Assembly: GCA_037446135.1 (NCBI GenBank)
Contig: JBBIJD010000006.1
Span: 1 to 25,876 of the forward strand
Reading direction: 5' to 3'
Length of the DNA: 25,876 nucleotides
From: Candidatus Fraserbacteria bacterium
GTDB taxonomy: Bacteria; Bipolaricaulota; Bipolaricaulia; RBG-16-55-9; JANLFV01
Shown: in pieces, positions 8,449 to 17,087 of the stretch
How the letters are laid out: the number at the start of each line of letters is the position of its first letter
Position numbering within the stretch: position 1 is the first letter of the stretch
Notes under the pieces: model-generated
The model's database searches: none
Seen by the model: the letters and a program-made list of their open reading frames with translations, nothing else
What the model was told of the DNA's origin: nothing
Translations under genes and position numbers: made by a program

Positions 8449-9540
8449 ATGAGAGAGTTGCGTTACCTAGTCGTGGGGTTGGTGGTCCTGATGGCAGGGA
8501 TCGCCCTAGTGGGCACGCCCCGAAGCGCGGTCGGGGAGCAGCCCTGCCTGATCATTGGGATGGTCCATGGCGGCTCGATTACCGACGGCGGGTATTCTCA
8601 ATCGATGCATGATGGCCTGATGGAGGTCAAGAAGAATATCCCCTGTGTCGAGACACTCGAGGCGGAGAATGTCCCCGATGCCCAGGCGGAGCAGGTGATG
8701 GAGACCATGATCCAGCAGGGGGCGAAGCTCATCTTCCCCGCCTCATTCGGCTTCCAGTTCCCGGCCCTGAATGTCGCCCGCAGGCATCGGGATGTGGTCT
8801 TCATGCACCCCGGCGGGTGGATGGTCGAGGAGAACTTCGGGAACTTCTTCGCCAGGGTCCAGGAGACGATGTTCATCATGGGGGTCGCCGCGGGGCGGAT
8901 GACCAAGACGAACAAGCTGGGCTTCATCGGTGGGATGCCGATTGGCTTCGTCTTAGGCAACGCCAACGCCTTCCACCTCGGGGCACGGGCTGTGAATCCC
9001 AATGTGACGACCTACTATGTCTCGACCGGGAGCTGGCTCGATCGGGCCAAGGAGGTCGCGGCCACCCAAGCCCTGCTCCAACAGGGCGTCGATGTCGTCG
9101 CGATGCATGTGGACTCCCCCGGTGCGATCATCCAGACCGCCGAAGCGGCCGGGGCCTACTCCATCGGCTACCAATCGCTAGCGGCTCAGCAGTTCGCCCC
9201 CAACTACTGGATCACTGGCCTCGGCTTCACCTGGGGCGGGATGATGACGGAGATGGCACGGCAGGTGATCGAGGGGAGTTGGAAGCCGGTCTCCCTACGC
9301 GGCGGCCTCGCTGAGGGCTACCTAGCGATCGCGCCCTTCGGTCCGGCTGTCCCGACGCCGGTCAGGCAATTCACCCTCGCCGTCGCTGAGGGGCTGAAGG
9401 CTGGGGTGATCAACCCCTTCTGCGGCCCGATCAAGGACCAGGCAGGGACTGTGCGGATCGCCGAGGGCGAGTGCTGGGGCAATGAAAGGATGGGCGACTT
9501 CGACTGGCTAGTCGAGGGGATCATTGGGCAGCCTAAGTAA
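8449..9540 (+). CDS. BMP-family ABC substrate-binding protein (purine/nucleoside-like ligands)
   Basis: Signal peptide, DGGYSQSMHDG, TKTNKLGFIGG, NAFHLGARAVNP and GPIKDQAG. SD GGAGGTG upstream. Confidence 0.9.
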   Translation: MRELRYLVVGLVVLMAGIALVGTPRSAVGEQPCLIIGMVHGGSITDGGYSQSMHDGLMEVKKNIPCVETLEAENVPDAQAEQVMETMIQQGAKLIFPASFGFQFPALNVARRHRDVVFMHPGGWMVEENFGNFFARVQETMFIMGVAAGRMTKTNKLGFIGGMPIGFVLGNANAFHLGARAVNPNVTTYYVSTGSWLDRAKEVAATQALLQQGVDVVAMHVDSPGAIIQTAEAAGAYSIGYQSLAAQQFAPNYWITGLGFTWGGMMTEMARQVIEGSWKPVSLRGGLAEGYLAIAPFGPAVPTPVRQFTLAVAEGLKAGVINPFCGPIKDQAGTVRIAEGECWGNERMGDFDWLVEGIIGQPK

Positions 9541-9569
9541 GGTGTCACACTGACCGAGAGCTATGGCCA

Positions 9570-9610
9570 GGGCATCTCGTCGGCCCTGAGGTCAGGCCGA
9601 CGAGATGCCC
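9570..9610 (+). promoter_or_regulatory. Strong intercistronic hairpin (mRNA-stabilising element or partial terminator)
   Basis: Perfect 16-bp inverted repeat GGGCATCTCGTCGGCC (9570-9585) / GGCCGACGAGATGCCC (9595-9610). No U-tract. Confidence 0.7.
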
Positions 9611-9621
9611 CATTCGATCTT

Positions 9622-10578
9622 ATGAATGACACGGAGCGGCCCCCCAGACTAGCGCGAGCTCAACAGATCGGCCAGCGGGCGGCGAGCCTGCTGGCTTTGC
9701 CCGGCTGCTCCGGCGAAGTGCTGGCAGTGGTCTCGGGAGCGGTCTATCTCTCTGCCCCTGAGGAGGAGATCCTCTGGCTGGCCCAGGAGGGGGCCCCCAT
9801 GCACAGGCGGTGTATCACGGTCTCGTTCCGACCAGAGGATGTGAGGGAAGGGCTGAAGTTCACCTCCCAAGGCGGTCATCTTTGCATTGCCGATGCATTG
9901 CTGGTCGATCTCGGGCGAGCCGCTCCCTGGGAGCCCCTGCCTCTCCTGCCCGGCCAGCGTCCGCTTTTAGCCCTGGGCGCGCTCGAGAGGCAGCTCCAGG
10001 CCATCCTCGGCCTGGTCTGCCTCCTCCTCGCTAGGGGCCTGTGGCAGGCACTCGAGCCGGTCTTCTGTTCTGGCTCTGAGGATGTTGAGGATAGCGTTCG
10101 AGGCCCGGCCTCTCCTGATGCCGTCTGGCTCGACCGGGCATTGCCCGCGCTCCAAAGGGTCGTCCGAGCCTGCCGAGCGCGAGACCCGGCGGGGGCCTTG
10201 GAAGCGGGTCTGAAGCTAGTAGGGCTCGGCCCGGGGCTCACGCCCTCGGGCGACGATTACCTGGGCGGCCTGCTCTTTACTGCCTATCATCTCCAAGACA
10301 CCTATCCCCAGGAGTTTTGTTGGGGTAAGGAGCTTATCCGCGATTTCCTAAACCGAGCCCGCCCGCGGACCAATCGCTTGAGCTATACCATCCTGGCAGA
10401 TCTGGCCAACGGCCATGGTCCGGAACCACTCCATGAGCTGATCAATTCACTACTCCGAGGGGGGCCAATCTCCCATTCCCTGGAGGATGTGCAGCGACTT
10501 ACCGGAATCGGCCACAGCTCCGGCTGGGATATGCTGGCCGGGGTGATGACCGCCATGGCTCTCACGGCGGGTGTTTGA
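9622..10578 (+). CDS. DUF2877 protein, YlbF/AllH (YahE)-like
   Basis: Family motifs LVGLGPGLTPSGDDYLGG, RTNRLS and IGHSSGWDMLAG. Confidence 0.88.
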   Translation: MNDTERPPRLARAQQIGQRAASLLALPGCSGEVLAVVSGAVYLSAPEEEILWLAQEGAPMHRRCITVSFRPEDVREGLKFTSQGGHLCIADALLVDLGRAAPWEPLPLLPGQRPLLALGALERQLQAILGLVCLLLARGLWQALEPVFCSGSEDVEDSVRGPASPDAVWLDRALPALQRVVRACRARDPAGALEAGLKLVGLGPGLTPSGDDYLGGLLFTAYHLQDTYPQEFCWGKELIRDFLNRARPRTNRLSYTILADLANGHGPEPLHELINSLLRGGPISHSLEDVQRLTGIGHSSGWDMLAGVMTAMALTAGV

Positions 10579-10601
10579 AGAGAGACGATAGGGGGATAAC
10601 C

Positions 10602-11855
10602 ATGTCAGGTGGGATCAAAAAGAGGATCGAGGAGGCCAATGCTGAGGCCTTCCGGCGGATAGTAGCGGCCGATCCTGTCCTAGTTGATATCGCCCCAGCG
10701 GGGGAGGTGATCCCGGGCTTAAAGGATAAGATGATTTTGCATTCCGGCCCACCCATCGACTGGCGGCACATGAGCGGGGCCCAGAAGGGGGCCTGTATCG
10801 GGATGGTGTTCTTCGAAGGCTGGGCTAAGACCAAGGAGGAGGCAATCGAGCTCCTTGAGAGCGGGGCCATCGCTTTCGCGCCTAATCACCATCACCAGGC
10901 GGTCGGGCCGATGGCGGGGACGATCACCAAGTCCATGTGGGTCTTTGTCGTGGAGAACCGAGCCTTCGGGAACCGGGCCTTCTGCCGCCAGGTCGAGGGG
11001 CGCCAGCAGTTCGGGGACTTCAGCGCGGAAGCGCTCCAAGGATTGGTGCAGTGGCGGGATGTTTGGGCCCCCACCTTGCGTGCCGGCCTGCGGCAATGCG
11101 GCGGCCTCAGCCTTAAGCCGCTCATTGCCCGAGCGCTGCAGATGGGCGATGAGCTCCATAACCGCCCGAACGCCGCCTCCAGCCTCTTTGCCAACGCTAT
11201 GGCCGTGCCCCTGATCAAGGCCGATCCCCCGAAAGAGGCGCTCATCAGCACCATGGGCTATCTGAGCGGGAATGAGTTCCTCTTCCTCGCCCTCTCGATG
11301 GCCGCCGCCAAGGCAACCATCGACCCGGCAAGGGGGATCGAATACAGCACGGTCGTCACGGCTATGGCCCGGAATGGGACGGAGTTCGGGATCCAAGTGA
11401 GCGGCCTGGAAGGGGAGTGGTTCACCGCCCCGGCTCCACCGGTCAAGGGGCTCTTTCTCCCCGGCTACAGTGAGCAGGATGCCGGGCTGGACATCGGGGA
11501 CTCGGCGATCACCGAGACGGTAGGTTGGGGCGGGTTCGTCCTCGGTGGGGCCCCCGGCATTCTCAGTTTGGTTGGGGGGACCCCGGAGGAGGCACTAGCC
11601 TACAGTCGCGAGATGCGACAGATTACCGTCGCCACGAGCCCGGACTACCTGATCCCCGCGCTAGGCTTCGTGGGGACGGCGGTGGGGATCGATATCAGGA
11701 AGGTTGTCCAGACGAACATCCTCCCGATCATCGATACCGCCATCGCCCACAAGGACCCCGGCCATCCGAAGATCGGGGCCGGGCTCGCCCGTCCGCCGCT
11801 GGAGTGCTTCAAGAAGGCCCTCCTCAGGTTCGCCGAGAGATATGGCCTGAAGTGA
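10602..11855 (+). CDS. DUF1116 protein, YlbE/AllG (YahG)-like
   Basis: ILHSGPP, VGPMAG, MGDELHNR, MARNGTEFG, GLDIGDSAITE and TAIAHK. ATG 10602 has SD GGGGGA and is preferred over TTG 10575. Confidence 0.92.
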   Translation: MSGGIKKRIEEANAEAFRRIVAADPVLVDIAPAGEVIPGLKDKMILHSGPPIDWRHMSGAQKGACIGMVFFEGWAKTKEEAIELLESGAIAFAPNHHHQAVGPMAGTITKSMWVFVVENRAFGNRAFCRQVEGRQQFGDFSAEALQGLVQWRDVWAPTLRAGLRQCGGLSLKPLIARALQMGDELHNRPNAASSLFANAMAVPLIKADPPKEALISTMGYLSGNEFLFLALSMAAAKATIDPARGIEYSTVVTAMARNGTEFGIQVSGLEGEWFTAPAPPVKGLFLPGYSEQDAGLDIGDSAITETVGWGGFVLGGAPGILSLVGGTPEEALAYSREMRQITVATSPDYLIPALGFVGTAVGIDIRKVVQTNILPIIDTAIAHKDPGHPKIGAGLARPPLECFKKALLRFAERYGLK

Positions 11856-11873
11856 GGCAAGAGCGGAGGAGCC

Positions 11874-13424
11874 ATGGAGAGAGGATATGCGATCAGGAAG
11901 AATCGCTACTTCGACTCGGTCTTCCTCATGCAGGTGGCACAACGCTTGGGGGAGCAGCCGGGGATTGAACAGGCTTTAGCCCTCATGGGGACCGAGGAGA
12001 ACAAGCGCCTATTGCTTACCATGGGGTTCGAAGCCCCAGAGGTCGCGACCGCCGGCCCAAATGACCTCATCGTCGCCTTAAAGGGGTCGGATGCCTCCAA
12101 GCTCCAGGAGATATTGAAGGACTTGGATGTCTGGCTCGTCCGCAAGCCGAGCCGGCTCAGTCAGGCGATCACGCATACCTTAGACCAGGGGCTCGAGGCC
12201 CTCCCCCAGGCCAACTTGGTCTCCATCTCCATCCCCGGCCAGTATGCGGCCCGAGAGGCGCGCCGGGCCCTCGAACGGGGCCTGAATGTCTTCTTCTTCA
12301 GCAGCAATGTGGCGATGGAGGACGAGCTGGCCCTCAAACAGTATGCTTGGAAGCATGGGCTGATCGTGATGGGCCCGGACTGCGGGACCGCGATCATCTC
12401 TGGGATCGGGCTCGGCTTTGCCAATGCTGTCCGAAGGGGACCGATCGGGGTGATCGGCTCGATGGGGACGGGGCTCCAGGAGTTCACTTGCCTCGTCCAT
12501 AAGGCAGGTTCGGGGATCTCGCACGCCATCGGCACGGGGAGCCGAGACCTTTCAGATGAGATCAGCGGGCTCTCCACCCTCACCGCCCTAGAAGCGCTCG
12601 AAGCTGATCCGCAAACGGCGGTCATCGCGCTGCTGTCAAAGCCACCAGGGGAGAAGACCCTCCACAAACTCCTCAAGAGACTGAACCAATCTAAAAAACC
12701 GCTCGTCGCCTGCTTCCTGGGCATCCGTGAGTATCCACGCCCCGGAGAGGACCGATTCGTGACGGCCCGCACCCTAGATGAGGCGGCGACTCTGGCAGTG
12801 CAACTTGCGACCGGCGAGCCGGTCTCATTCGCGGCTGTAGACCCCCAAAGGCTTCAACTGCTCATCGCCGAGCAGCGAGCCGCCATGGCGCCGGAGCAGA
12901 GATACCTTCGCGGGATCTTTGCCGGGGGGACTTTCTGCTACGAGGCCCAACAACTGATGCGCGATGCCGGCTTGATGGTCTTTTCGAATGCACCACTGGA
13001 AGGAATGTGTGCTTTGTCAGATCCATGGCGTAGCCAAGCTCATACGCTCGTGGACATGGGTGCGGAAATGTTCACCCAAGGCCGGCCTCACCCGATGATC
13101 GATGCCTCACTCCGCCGCCAGCGGATCTTAGCTGAGGCGGAAGATCCAGAGGTGGCTGTTCTGCTGCTTGACTTCATCCTCGGCTATAATGCCTCGCCCA
13201 GCCCTGTCGGCGACCTATTGGAGGCCATCAGGCAAGCGAAGCTCCGTGCGCGCCAGCGCGGCGGCTTCCTCAGCATTGTCGCTTCAGTCTGCGGCACAGA
13301 GGAAGATCCTCAAGACCTGGACGAGCAGATTAAACTTCTGGAAGAATTGGGTGTAGTAGTGCTCCCGAGCAATGCCCAGGCAGCCCTCTTCGCCCGAACA
13401 CTTGTATTGGAGCTACTACAATGA
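11874..13424 (+). CDS. fdrA: FdrA/AllF (YahF)-like acyl-CoA-synthetase-fold protein
   Basis: YFDSVFLM, MGTEENK, VMGPDCGTAI, GTGLQE, IGTGSRDLS, GGTFCYEA and GRPHPMID. SD GGAG upstream. Confidence 0.92.
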   Translation: MERGYAIRKNRYFDSVFLMQVAQRLGEQPGIEQALALMGTEENKRLLLTMGFEAPEVATAGPNDLIVALKGSDASKLQEILKDLDVWLVRKPSRLSQAITHTLDQGLEALPQANLVSISIPGQYAAREARRALERGLNVFFFSSNVAMEDELALKQYAWKHGLIVMGPDCGTAIISGIGLGFANAVRRGPIGVIGSMGTGLQEFTCLVHKAGSGISHAIGTGSRDLSDEISGLSTLTALEALEADPQTAVIALLSKPPGEKTLHKLLKRLNQSKKPLVACFLGIREYPRPGEDRFVTARTLDEAATLAVQLATGEPVSFAAVDPQRLQLLIAEQRAAMAPEQRYLRGIFAGGTFCYEAQQLMRDAGLMVFSNAPLEGMCALSDPWRSQAHTLVDMGAEMFTQGRPHPMIDASLRRQRILAEAEDPEVAVLLLDFILGYNASPSPVGDLLEAIRQAKLRARQRGGFLSIVASVCGTEEDPQDLDEQIKLLEELGVVVLPSNAQAALFARTLVLELLQ

Positions 13425-13612
13425 GCGAACAGGGGAAGGCAAAGACGGCGCTTGATACATTGCTGCAGGATGGCCCTACAGTCATCAATCTCGGACTACA
13501 GGAGTTCGCCGAGGCCCTGCAAGACCAAGGGGCAGGAGTCATCCATGTGGACTGGCGGCCACCCGCCGGCGGTGACGAGGAGTTAGCAGAACTACTAGGC
13601 AAGCTTTTATGA
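13421..13612 (+). CDS. Small FdrA-associated domain protein (63 aa)
   Basis: VINLGLQEFAEALQDQGAGVIHVDWRPPAGG. ATGA overlap with the fdrA stop. Confidence 0.85.
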   Translation: MSEQGKAKTALDTLLQDGPTVINLGLQEFAEALQDQGAGVIHVDWRPPAGGDEELAELLGKLL

Positions 13613-13652
13613 GCGGGAAGGATCTCGACCCCATCGTCGGCGTGGAGATTCG

Positions 13653-14240
13653 CTAAATTACTCCCAGCTCCCTCAAACGCATGAGGCCTAGGTCAGCGAG
13701 CTCCACGCGATAGCGGAGGCCGCCGAGGCCCGAGGCTAATAACCGCTCCCGGATCGGCCCCTCCAACTCCGCGGGGGGCACGAGCCGGACCCCTGCAATC
13801 TCGCGAGTATCGTGGGCTTTCAGCTCGCCCCCGACCCGCCGAGCGAGGAAGACATGGGAGGTCCAGCGGACTCGCTCATCACCGTGCGCGAAGACCGGGC
13901 TGAGCCGGAGGAGATATCTCTCCAGCTCGATCTCCAGGCCGGTCTCTTCCAGGGCCTCCCTTCGGGCCGCCTCAGCGAGCCCCTCTCCTCGCCGGACGAG
14001 CCCGCTCGGAGGGCGCCAGACCCCCGGGGGATGGAAGGGCTTCCTGATCGCTACGATGCGGCCAGCGATGAGGATGAAGAGCGTGACATCCTGAGATTGA
14101 GAGCGGCCGTCGCGCATGCTCCCTTTCAGGAGCCGGAACTCCTCGGCCTCCATCAGGAACGGCCCGGGGAGTTCCACCTCCTCGGGCTGGCCGAGGACTT
14201 GCTCCAACTCCTCCAACGCGGTGTCCATCTCCTCTCCCAT
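13653..14240 (-). CDS. NUDIX hydrolase
   Basis: Nudix box GLVRRGEGLAEAARREALEETGL. Confidence 0.88.
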   Translation of the reverse strand: MGEEMDTALEELEQVLGQPEEVELPGPFLMEAEEFRLLKGSMRDGRSQSQDVTLFILIAGRIVAIRKPFHPPGVWRPPSGLVRRGEGLAEAARREALEETGLEIELERYLLRLSPVFAHGDERVRWTSHVFLARRVGGELKAHDTREIAGVRLVPPAELEGPIRERLLASGLGGLRYRVELADLGLMRLRELGVI

Positions 14241-14249
14241 GGGGAACCG

Positions 14250-14279
14250 ATCCTAGCCTAGCAGGTTCATTCCTGGCAG
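14250..14279 (-). promoter_or_regulatory. Possible promoter CTGCCA-N18-TAGGAT for the NUDIX gene
   Basis: Minus-strand hexamers at 14279-14274 and 14255-14250. The ATG is 9 nt downstream with no SD. Confidence 0.35.
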
Positions 14280-14356
14280 TCCACTCCTTTCAGGGGCCTC
14301 TTAGCAAGGCAAGTGGAGCGCCCTCAGGCCAGGCAAGGGCAGGTGCAGTGCCCAAG

Positions 14357-14386
14357 TTGCCCTTTGCTGATCGGGGGTATTATCAT
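14357..14386 (+). promoter_or_regulatory. Promoter TTGCCC-N18-TATCAT for mobA-fdh
   Basis: -35 at 14357-14362 and -10 at 14381-14386. ATG 14396 lies 9 nt downstream. Confidence 0.5.
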
Positions 14387-14395
14387 ACTGCGAAG

Positions 14396-15022
14396 ATGGG
14401 AGATGTGACGGGGATCGTCCTCGCCGGGGGGAGGTCGAGAAGGCTGGGGAGGGATAAGGCCCTTCTGCCCTTCGAGGGGGAGCCGCTGGTCGTCCGAGCA
14501 GTGAGGCTCCTCAAGGGGCTCTGTCCTGAAGTTTTGGTCATCACCGGCGAGGAGAGGCGGTATACGGCCCTCCTGGATGTCCCGGTGGTTGAGGACTTAG
14601 TGAAGGGCGCAGGGCCGCTCGGAGGGCTCTATACCGGGCTTGCCGTCTCATCCCACGATTACAACCTCGTGGTGGCCTGCGATATGCCCCTGCTGGACCG
14701 GAAGGTGCTCTCCTTGCTCCTCGAGAGGATCGAACAGAGTCCCCAAGCGGAGGCGATCCTCCCTGAGGTGCGCGGGCAGCTCGAGCCCTTCCCGGGAATT
14801 TACCACCGCGGCTGCTCTGCCAAGATCAGGGAGCTTTTGGCGAGGGGCTCCCGGAGGGTGCATGAGTTTCTGGAGCTGGTCCCCAAAGCGGTCATCGCCG
14901 CGGAGGAGGTCCTGGCCCTCGATCCGGATCTTCAGAGCTTCATCAACCTGAATAGCCCTGAGGAGCTAGAGGAGCTTGAGGCTCGCCTACGCGGCGAGAC
15001 CACGAAGAGTATAGCGAGGTGA
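14396..15022 (+). CDS. mobA: Molybdenum cofactor guanylyltransferase
   Basis: GIVLAGGRSRRLGRDKA, GPLGGL, VACDMP and FINLNSPEEL. ATG 14396 is preferred over GTG 14348. Confidence 0.92.
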   Translation: MGDVTGIVLAGGRSRRLGRDKALLPFEGEPLVVRAVRLLKGLCPEVLVITGEERRYTALLDVPVVEDLVKGAGPLGGLYTGLAVSSHDYNLVVACDMPLLDRKVLSLLLERIEQSPQAEAILPEVRGQLEPFPGIYHRGCSAKIRELLARGSRRVHEFLELVPKAVIAAEEVLALDPDLQSFINLNSPEELEELEARLRGETTKSIAR

Positions 15023-15027
15023 GGAAG

Positions 15028-17082
15028 ATGAAGGAGATCTTGACCGTCTGCCCTTATTGTGGGGTCGGGTGCAACTTCTACCTCCAGGTCGAGGCGGGGA
15101 AGGTGAAGGGCCTCCGCCCGAGCAAGGAGCATCCGATAAACCGGGGGAGCCTCTGCCCCAAGGGGGCCACGGTCTATCAGGCGATCCACCATCCTGATAG
15201 GCTGATCAAGCCACTGATCAAGGACAAGAAGGGCGGCTCCTTCAAGGAGGCGAGCTGGGATGAGGCCTACTCCCTCATCGCTGAGAAGTTCTCCGAGCTC
15301 AAGGAGCGCTACGGCGGGAAGAGCTTAGGGCTCCTCTCCTCATCGATGGCCACCAATGAGGACAATTATCTGGCCCAGAAGTTCGCCCGGGCGGTCCTCG
15401 GGACGAATACCGTCGATCAGTGTGCCCGGCTGTGCCATGCCTCGACCGTCGCCGGTCTAATAAGTTCGTTCGGGAGCGGGGCAATGACCAACTCCATCGA
15501 GGAGCTCCAGGGGGCAAAGTGCCTCTTCCTCATCGGCTCGAATCCGGCCGAGGCTCACCCGATCATCGCCAATAACTTCATCAAGCCGGCTGTCCGCTCC
15601 GGCGCGAAGCTCATTGTCGCCGACCCTCGCCGGACCGAGCTAGCCAAGCGGGCCGACATCCATCTCCCCTTGAGGCCGGGGAGCGATATCGCCCTCCTCA
15701 ATGCCATGATGAACTATATCATCGAGGAGGGGCTCCATGATGAGCGGTTCATTCGAGACCGGACTGAAGGCTTCGCCGAGCTGAGGGAGGTCTTGAGCCG
15801 CTATCCTCTGGAACGCGGAGCGGAGGCGAGCGGCCTCCCGGCAGAACTGATCCGCGCCGCGGCCGAGACTTACGCCAAGAACTCGCCCGCGAGCATCGTC
15901 TATTGTATGGGGATCACGCAGCATCACATCGGGACGGGGAATGTGATCTCTATCGCCAACCTGGCGATGCTCACTGGGAATGTGGGGAAGGAATCTTCCG
16001 GGGTCAACCCCCTTCGGGGGAAGAACAATGTCCAAGGGGCCTGCGATATGGGCGTCCTGCCGGAGTTCCTCCCCGGCTATCGGAGCATGGGGGATGAGGG
16101 GGCCCGGAGGGCCTTCGAGGAAGCCTGGGGTGTGAAGCTCCCCGACCATGAATGGCGCGCCAAGCCGATGATCTGGTGCACGAGGATGTGGGACGAAATC
16201 CTTGAAGGGAGACTGAAGGGGCTTTACATCATCGGCGAGAACATCGCCATCACCGAGGCCAACCTCTCTAAAGTCGAGCGGGCCTTGGAGAAGCTAGAAT
16301 TCCTCGTGGTCCAGGAGGTCTTCCCCACGAGGACGGCGGAGTTCGCGGATGTGATCCTCCCCGCCTGCAGCTTCGCTGAGAAGGACGGGACCTTCACCAG
16401 CACTGAGCGGCGGGTGCAGCGGGTGAGGAAGGCGATCGAGCCGCTGGGGGAGAGCAAACCGGACTGGCTCATCCTCTGCGAGCTGGCCCAGAGAATGGGT
16501 TATCCCATGGCTTACGACTCCCCGGCAGAGATCATGGAGGAGATCCGCCGGCTTGTCCCGACCTATGGCGGGATAAGCTACAAGCGGCTTGAGGAGGGTT
16601 TCGGCCTCCAGTGGCCCTGCCCGAGTGAGGACCACCCCGGGACGAAATTCCTCCACAAGGATCGATTCACTAGAGGGCCAGGGCGATTCCAGCCGGTCGA
16701 GCATCGCTCACCGGCGGAGGGACCAGATGAGGGGTATCCTCTAACCCTTACCACGGGGAGGATCTTGATGCAATACGGCGCGGGGAGCTTCACCCGGCGG
16801 GTCCCCGCGCTCGAGCGGGCCAATCCGGAGAACTTCATCGAGCTCAATCCCGAGGACGCCGGCCGATATGGCATCAAGGATGGCGATCGCGTGAGGGTGA
16901 TCAGCCGGCGAGGGGAGCTCATCGCCAGGGCCAAGATTGCAGAGATAAGGGAGGGCACGGTCTTCATGCCCTTCCTCTACCAGGAGTCCCCGGCCAATCG
17001 CCTCACAATCGATGCCCTGGACCCCATCTGCGGGATCCCCGAGTTCAAGGTCTGCGCGGTCCGGCTCGAGCCGATCAGTTAG
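15028..17082 (+). CDS. fdhF: Mo/W-bis-PGD formate dehydrogenase catalytic subunit, Cys type, cytoplasmic
   Basis: N-terminal CPYCGVGC...LCPKG [4Fe-4S] motif, active site CARLCHAS (TGC codon), LRGKNNVQGACDMG, FAEKDGTFT and PEFKVCAV. No Tat leader. The start is ATG 15028 or GTG 15019. Confidence 0.92.
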   Translation: MKEILTVCPYCGVGCNFYLQVEAGKVKGLRPSKEHPINRGSLCPKGATVYQAIHHPDRLIKPLIKDKKGGSFKEASWDEAYSLIAEKFSELKERYGGKSLGLLSSSMATNEDNYLAQKFARAVLGTNTVDQCARLCHASTVAGLISSFGSGAMTNSIEELQGAKCLFLIGSNPAEAHPIIANNFIKPAVRSGAKLIVADPRRTELAKRADIHLPLRPGSDIALLNAMMNYIIEEGLHDERFIRDRTEGFAELREVLSRYPLERGAEASGLPAELIRAAAETYAKNSPASIVYCMGITQHHIGTGNVISIANLAMLTGNVGKESSGVNPLRGKNNVQGACDMGVLPEFLPGYRSMGDEGARRAFEEAWGVKLPDHEWRAKPMIWCTRMWDEILEGRLKGLYIIGENIAITEANLSKVERALEKLEFLVVQEVFPTRTAEFADVILPACSFAEKDGTFTSTERRVQRVRKAIEPLGESKPDWLILCELAQRMGYPMAYDSPAEIMEEIRRLVPTYGGISYKRLEEGFGLQWPCPSEDHPGTKFLHKDRFTRGPGRFQPVEHRSPAEGPDEGYPLTLTTGRILMQYGAGSFTRRVPALERANPENFIELNPEDAGRYGIKDGDRVRVISRRGELIARAKIAEIREGTVFMPFLYQESPANRLTIDALDPICGIPEFKVCAVRLEPIS

Positions 17083-17087
17083 CTGGC

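Noticed and set aside
14241..14395. Moco/Wco riboswitch upstream of mobA
   Set aside because: No recognisable aptamer, and the putative promoter leaves almost no leader.
15421..15444. Selenocysteine in formate dehydrogenase
   Set aside because: The active-site codon is TGC (CARLCHAS), and there is no in-frame TGA.
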